Of a DNA stretch of 10,812 bases, positions 7,234 through 10,812 are shown piece by piece. The stretch is from NCBI GenBank assembly GCA_024274695.1, contig JAJSAI010000008.1, positions 1 to 10,812 on the forward strand, read 5' to 3'. Every line of letters begins with the position of its first letter. The first letter of the stretch is position 1. This stretch comes from an archaeon. GTDB lineage: Archaea > B1Sed10-29 > JAJSAI01. The notes under the pieces were generated by a model. That model worked only from the letters and a program-made list of their open reading frames with translations, was not told where the DNA came from and searched no databases. The position numbers and the translations under genes were made by a program.

Positions 7234-8421
7234 TCACGTGATGGCCACCGCCACTGTTACCGGGACCAGCATGACAGGAAGGTACCTGAGGTTCTCCCTG
7301 ACTATCCTCCCGGCCCCAAGAATCCAGAGTATGAGCAGGCTGGCGGCCGCGCTGGTGGTGCTGGCCACGGTCACAGCAACAAGCGCGGTGTCCTCGGGAA
7401 TTCCCGCGGACAGGACTGAGACCGTTGCCGCGGCCCCGTTGCCCAGTCCTCCGAGCGCGGACGCTATGAGCACTCCTCCGCTAGTGTACTTCAGCAGGGA
7501 CAAGAGGGTCAGCACAACGAATATCATGACACCTATCTTCACAGCCTCTTTCACGTTGAAAGGAGAGTTCACCTTAACGCTCAGCCGCTTCTTTTTCTTG
7601 GGCAATGACGCCTTGTACACTGCCCAGAAGCATGCTCCGGATACAAGGATTACTACAACGCTTTTCGGGAGCAGGCTGGGCATGAAAAAGCTGGCGAGAA
7701 GCAGGTTCCTGGCAAAGGGCCCGAACAAGAGCAGGTGAAACAAGGCCCTCAGTAGCGGGAGGTTGCGCTTGTCCTGGGAGTATAGTTCTCCCAGCATCGC
7801 CGCCCCGGGAGTCGAGTCCGTCAAGAGCACGACCAGGGGAAGCTCCTTCTGGGCTGACATGAACCTCGCTCCAGCGTACGCCGCGAAGTTTAGTCCCGCT
7901 AGGATTATCACCAGCGCCCACAACGACTTCAGGCTTATCACGAGCCCGTAGAACACAACGTGCTCCGGCATCAGCGGGTACACGAGGCCGAGGATTATCA
8001 TCAGCTCGATGAAGTCCTGCACCTCTGCCTCGGTCAAGTGCTCAACGAACCTGTGCACCTTCCTGCCCAGGTAGAGTATGGTGGTTATTATCACGGACAG
8101 GTAAACGGCCTCCCGCACGAAGCCTTTTCCCGCGATCACTCCTATAAGGAAAACGAGTATTACCGAAAGGCTTGTGGTGAACCCTATCCTGGGCTTCCTG
8201 GTCCGGTAGAGGTACAGGAGGAGCGCGAAAGCGCACGAGGCCCCAAAGCCTATGTCCAACAGGAGAGGGTTTTCCGGGAACGAGGAGGACACGTACCCTA
8301 AGAGGCTCATGAGAGAGAACGTTCTCATGCCCACCCTGTGCTGTTTCTTGGTATGCTCTCTCTCAAGGCCTATCAGGGCTCCCGCGAGCAGGCTTACCAG
8401 GATTCCTTCCAGGGAAAACAT
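7234..8421 (-). CDS. MgtC/SapB-family N-terminal domain plus DUF4010-like polytopic membrane protein
   Basis: N-terminal LLAGALIGLERE...GMRTF...GFTT, followed by VYPLMP, SPFNVKEAVK and many hydrophobic segments over 395 aa. Confidence 0.85.
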   Translation of the reverse strand: MFSLEGILVSLLAGALIGLEREHTKKQHRVGMRTFSLMSLLGYVSSSFPENPLLLDIGFGASCAFALLLYLYRTRKPRIGFTTSLSVILVFLIGVIAGKGFVREAVYLSVIITTILYLGRKVHRFVEHLTEAEVQDFIELMIILGLVYPLMPEHVVFYGLVISLKSLWALVIILAGLNFAAYAGARFMSAQKELPLVVLLTDSTPGAAMLGELYSQDKRNLPLLRALFHLLLFGPFARNLLLASFFMPSLLPKSVVVILVSGACFWAVYKASLPKKKKRLSVKVNSPFNVKEAVKIGVMIFVVLTLLSLLKYTSGGVLIASALGGLGNGAAATVSVLSAGIPEDTALVAVTVASTTSAAASLLILWILGAGRIVRENLRYLPVMLVPVTVAVAIT

Positions 8422-9174
8422 TCAACCACGCATGGCCTTTATTATGCTTTTCACGGTCTTCTCAGGGTCCTTGGATTTCTCGACAGCGGTCCCAGTGACG
8501 ATGAAGCTCGCTCCCGCCTTTACCTTCCTTCCAGCCTCTTCAGGAGTTGTTATCCCGCCGCCGACGATCACGGGTATGTCAACTATCCTGCTCACGAACC
8601 TTATCATCTCCTCGGGCACGCTCTGCCTCGCCCCACTTCCTCCTTCCAGGTACACTAGTTTCATTCCAAGGTACTGTGCGGCCAGCGCGAACGCGGCGGC
8701 TATCTTAGGCTTTTCCCTGGGAATGGGGTTGACGTCCCCGTAGAACTCCACAGAGGTCCTCTTGTCAGACTCTATGACAAGGTAAGACATTGGGATGGGT
8801 TCTATTCCCATCTGCTTGACCGTGAATGCCGCGAAGGTCTGGGCGAGGGAGAGCCAGTACCTTGACCTGGAGTTCATCAGGCTCATGAAGAATATGGCGT
8901 CAGCCTCAGGGGTCACGTCGTTGACGTTCCCGGGGAACAGGATAAGTGGAACGCTCGTCTCTTCTTTTATTCTCTTGGCGGTCTCGTCCATCTTGCTCCT
9001 GTCCCCTCCGGAGCCTCCCAGCATTATCGCGTCAGTCCCCCCTGCTTCTGCCCCGGCCGCTATCCCAGCAAGTTTTTCCGGGGGCCCGAAGTCAGGGTCT
9101 ATCAGGGTCATGTGCCCGCAGCCCTTCTCCTGCAGCACGCTCATCAGGTAGTCGTAAACTTTTCCTTTACTCAT
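8422..9174 (-). CDS. Geranylgeranylglyceryl phosphate synthase (GGGPS, group II type)
   Basis: HMTLIDPD, DAIMLGGS, PLILFPG, ADAIFFMSLMNS, PIPMSYLVI, YLEGGSGA, VGGGI and VTGT motifs. Adjacent to egsA. Confidence 0.95.
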   Translation of the reverse strand: MSKGKVYDYLMSVLQEKGCGHMTLIDPDFGPPEKLAGIAAGAEAGGTDAIMLGGSGGDRSKMDETAKRIKEETSVPLILFPGNVNDVTPEADAIFFMSLMNSRSRYWLSLAQTFAAFTVKQMGIEPIPMSYLVIESDKRTSVEFYGDVNPIPREKPKIAAAFALAAQYLGMKLVYLEGGSGARQSVPEEMIRFVSRIVDIPVIVGGGITTPEEAGRKVKAGASFIVTGTAVEKSKDPEKTVKSIIKAMRG

Positions 9175-10184
9175 CCTCTGATCACTCCCGTGTCCTTCAG
9201 TGCTTTTTCCGCGATCTTGCGGTTCAGGTTAACATGCTCTATTATCGTGTACCTCTCGGGCCTTATTTTTTTGGCCAGCAGCATTGCTTTTATCATCTTC
9301 TTGTCGCTTACTCCCAGTTCCTCTGCTGTGGTCGGGCAGCCGGCGATGCTAAGGGCGTTCTTTATCTTCCTCCAGTTCTCTCCCTGCAGGTACGACATTA
9401 CTATTGCTCCAACTCCCACCTGCTCGCCGTGCAGGGCAGGGCTCCCGAGCCTGTCCAGAGCGTGAGACAGCTTGTGCTCTGACCCGCTCGCGGGCCTGCT
9501 GCTTCCCGCGATGCCCATCGCGGCGCCGCTGGATATCAGCGCCTCGATCAGTACTGCCAGGCCCTTTTCTGTCTTGTGCTTTATCTCCATCACGTTGTTC
9601 ATGACCACCTTCGCTGTCATGAGCGAGAGGTATCCGGCGTAGTCTCCCATGTACTCTCCTTTTATTATGGCCCCAAGCTGCCAGTCCTTCACGGCAGAAT
9701 ACTTTCCTATCACGTCCCCGACTCCCGCGAGAACAAACCTTTTCGGGGACTTTCTTATAATGCTCAGGTCAACCAGCACCCCGACAGGAGGCCTGGTCAT
9801 GACCGAGCCCACGCCGTTCTTTGTCTTCACTGACGCGACAGGAGACGCTATCCCGTCGTGAGCGCAGTTCGTGGGCACGCTCACAACATCCTTTTTCAGG
9901 TCCTTCGCAATTATCTTGGCGGTGTCTATCACGCTCCCTCCGCCCACCGCGAATATCCTGTCAGCCCTTGACTCCAGCACCATTTTTTTCAAGGCCCTCA
10001 GGCTCTGGCCCTCCTTCACTATCTGGTCGCATCCCAGTATTCCAGCCACCCTGTTCCCAGCAAGTTTTGCTGTCGTAGGCCCTGTCAGGACCACGGGGTT
10101 GCTGTCGTCAACGAACTCTTCTGCTTTGGCAAGGACTCCAGAGCCTATCAGCACCTTTTCGGGAAGTTCTATTCTTTTTATCAT
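9171..10184 (-). CDS. egsA: sn-glycerol-1-phosphate dehydrogenase [NAD(P)+]
   Basis: GGGSVIDTAK, VPTNCAHDGIAS, GVGD, SSRPASGSEHKLSHALD, LHGEQVG and RYTI motifs. ATGA overlap with GGGPS. Confidence 0.96.
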   Translation of the reverse strand: MIKRIELPEKVLIGSGVLAKAEEFVDDSNPVVLTGPTTAKLAGNRVAGILGCDQIVKEGQSLRALKKMVLESRADRIFAVGGGSVIDTAKIIAKDLKKDVVSVPTNCAHDGIASPVASVKTKNGVGSVMTRPPVGVLVDLSIIRKSPKRFVLAGVGDVIGKYSAVKDWQLGAIIKGEYMGDYAGYLSLMTAKVVMNNVMEIKHKTEKGLAVLIEALISSGAAMGIAGSSRPASGSEHKLSHALDRLGSPALHGEQVGVGAIVMSYLQGENWRKIKNALSIAGCPTTAEELGVSDKKMIKAMLLAKKIRPERYTIIEHVNLNRKIAEKALKDTGVIRG

Positions 10185-10206
10185 GATCTCACTCTCTCCC
10201 GCGGGT

Positions 10207-10215
10207 AATATAAAA
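10207..10215 (-). promoter_or_regulatory. Putative archaeal TATA box for the egsA-GGGPS-MgtC operon
   Basis: The minus strand reads TTTTATATT. The TTTATA core ends at 10209, about 25 nt before the egsA ATG at 10184. Confidence 0.6.
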
Positions 10216-10254
10216 GTGAGCCATGCCCGGCGATCAACGTTTTTTCCAGCCCGC

Positions 10255-10812
10255 TTATTTTCCGCTCACTCCAGGGGCCAGCACGTTCACGAGGTCAAGG
10301 GCCTGCAGCAGGTGCTCCTTGAACCCCGGCGGCCCGTGCCCGGGAAGGAACACGTCAACGTCAAGCGCGCACAGTTTCTCCAGGCTCTTCCTGAGGAGCC
10401 TCACGTTGCCCCCGGGCAGGTCAGTCCGGCCCACGCCCTCCTTGAACGCCACGTCCCCGCACACGAGCAGTTTCAGGTCAGGCTCGTACAAGCTTATGCC
10501 TCCCGGAGCATGCCCCGGAGTTTCTATTACCCTGAACCGCGTCTCCCCGAAGGAGAGCACATCCCCCTCCTTCAGGGGTACGACCCTGCGCTTGGCAAGC
10601 TTTACTCCGAAGAGTCCTGAGACAGTGTACTTCGGGTCACCAGCGTAAACGTAGTCCGCAGCGTCCCTTCCAGCGTAAACTCTTGCCCTCGGGAACATTG
10701 AGTTGCCCCCGCAGTGGTCGGCGTGGGGTTCTGTGTTCACCACCACCGAAACATCCTCGGGGCCAACGCCCCTCTTTTTCAGGACCCCGAGCAGGTAGTA
10801 GTTGTCCGGCAG
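10255..10812 (-). CDS. MBL-fold metallo-hydrolase (glyoxalase II-like); 5' end lies beyond the window
   Basis: The frame is open from the window edge (LPDNYYLLGVLKKRGVGPEDVSVVVNTEPHADHCGGN...). It contains TPGHAPG, GDVAF..GVGRTDLPGG and PGHG. The ORF-track start at 10746 is internal. Confidence 0.9.
   Translation of the reverse strand: MPDNYYLLGVLKKRGVGPEDVSVVVNTEPHADHCGGNSMFPRARVYAGRDAADYVYAGDPKYTVSGLFGVKLAKRRVVPLKEGDVLSFGETRFRVIETPGHAPGGISLYEPDLKLLVCGDVAFKEGVGRTDLPGGNVRLLRKSLEKLCALDVDVFLPGHGPPGFKEHLLQALDLVNVLAPGVSGK

Noticed and set aside
10198-10205. CCCGCGGG palindrome between the egsA TATA box and start (also GCGT/ACGC flanking the trmY TATA box at 4609-4622) as operator sites
   Set aside because: 4-bp arms are expected by chance in GC-rich sequence, and the motifs are not shared between promoters.
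73-10648. Numerous antisense/alternate ORFs (e.g. 807-1670, 3388-3897, 5736-6239, 7238-7738, 9871-10620)
   Set aside because: They overlap well-supported genes, have the S/F/L-rich composition expected from the antisense of E/K-rich coding sequence, and show no recognisable motifs.

Overview
Gene-dense archaeal chromosome segment. The translation, SRP and ether-lipid genes are archaeal-type, and Arg AGG/AGA and Ile ATA codons are common. The divergent, compact proteins suggest a fast-evolving, possibly DPANN-like and/or thermophilic lineage; this is inference only. The + strand carries aIF6, prefoldin alpha, ftsY, srp54, an orphan locus, trmY, pus10 and an A24 prepilin-type peptidase. It converges on a - strand run of a partial MBL-fold hydrolase, egsA (G1P dehydrogenase), GGGP synthase and an MgtC/SapB-DUF4010 membrane protein. 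The most notable feature is the orphan locus at 3509-4600. Three overlapping ORFs there join, via one -1 and one compensating +1 frame change, into a single ~363-aa protein with a gluzincin-like HExxH...E zinc-peptidase core between charged helical arms. Programmed recoding, pseudogenisation and sequencing error cannot be distinguished from this sequence alone. Smaller oddities: an ExHxDH variant MBL metal site, a DnaJ-like expanded zinc finger in Pus10, no eL20 gene at its usual position, and TATA boxes lacking a canonical BRE. No rRNA, tRNA, CRISPR array or mobile element was recognised.
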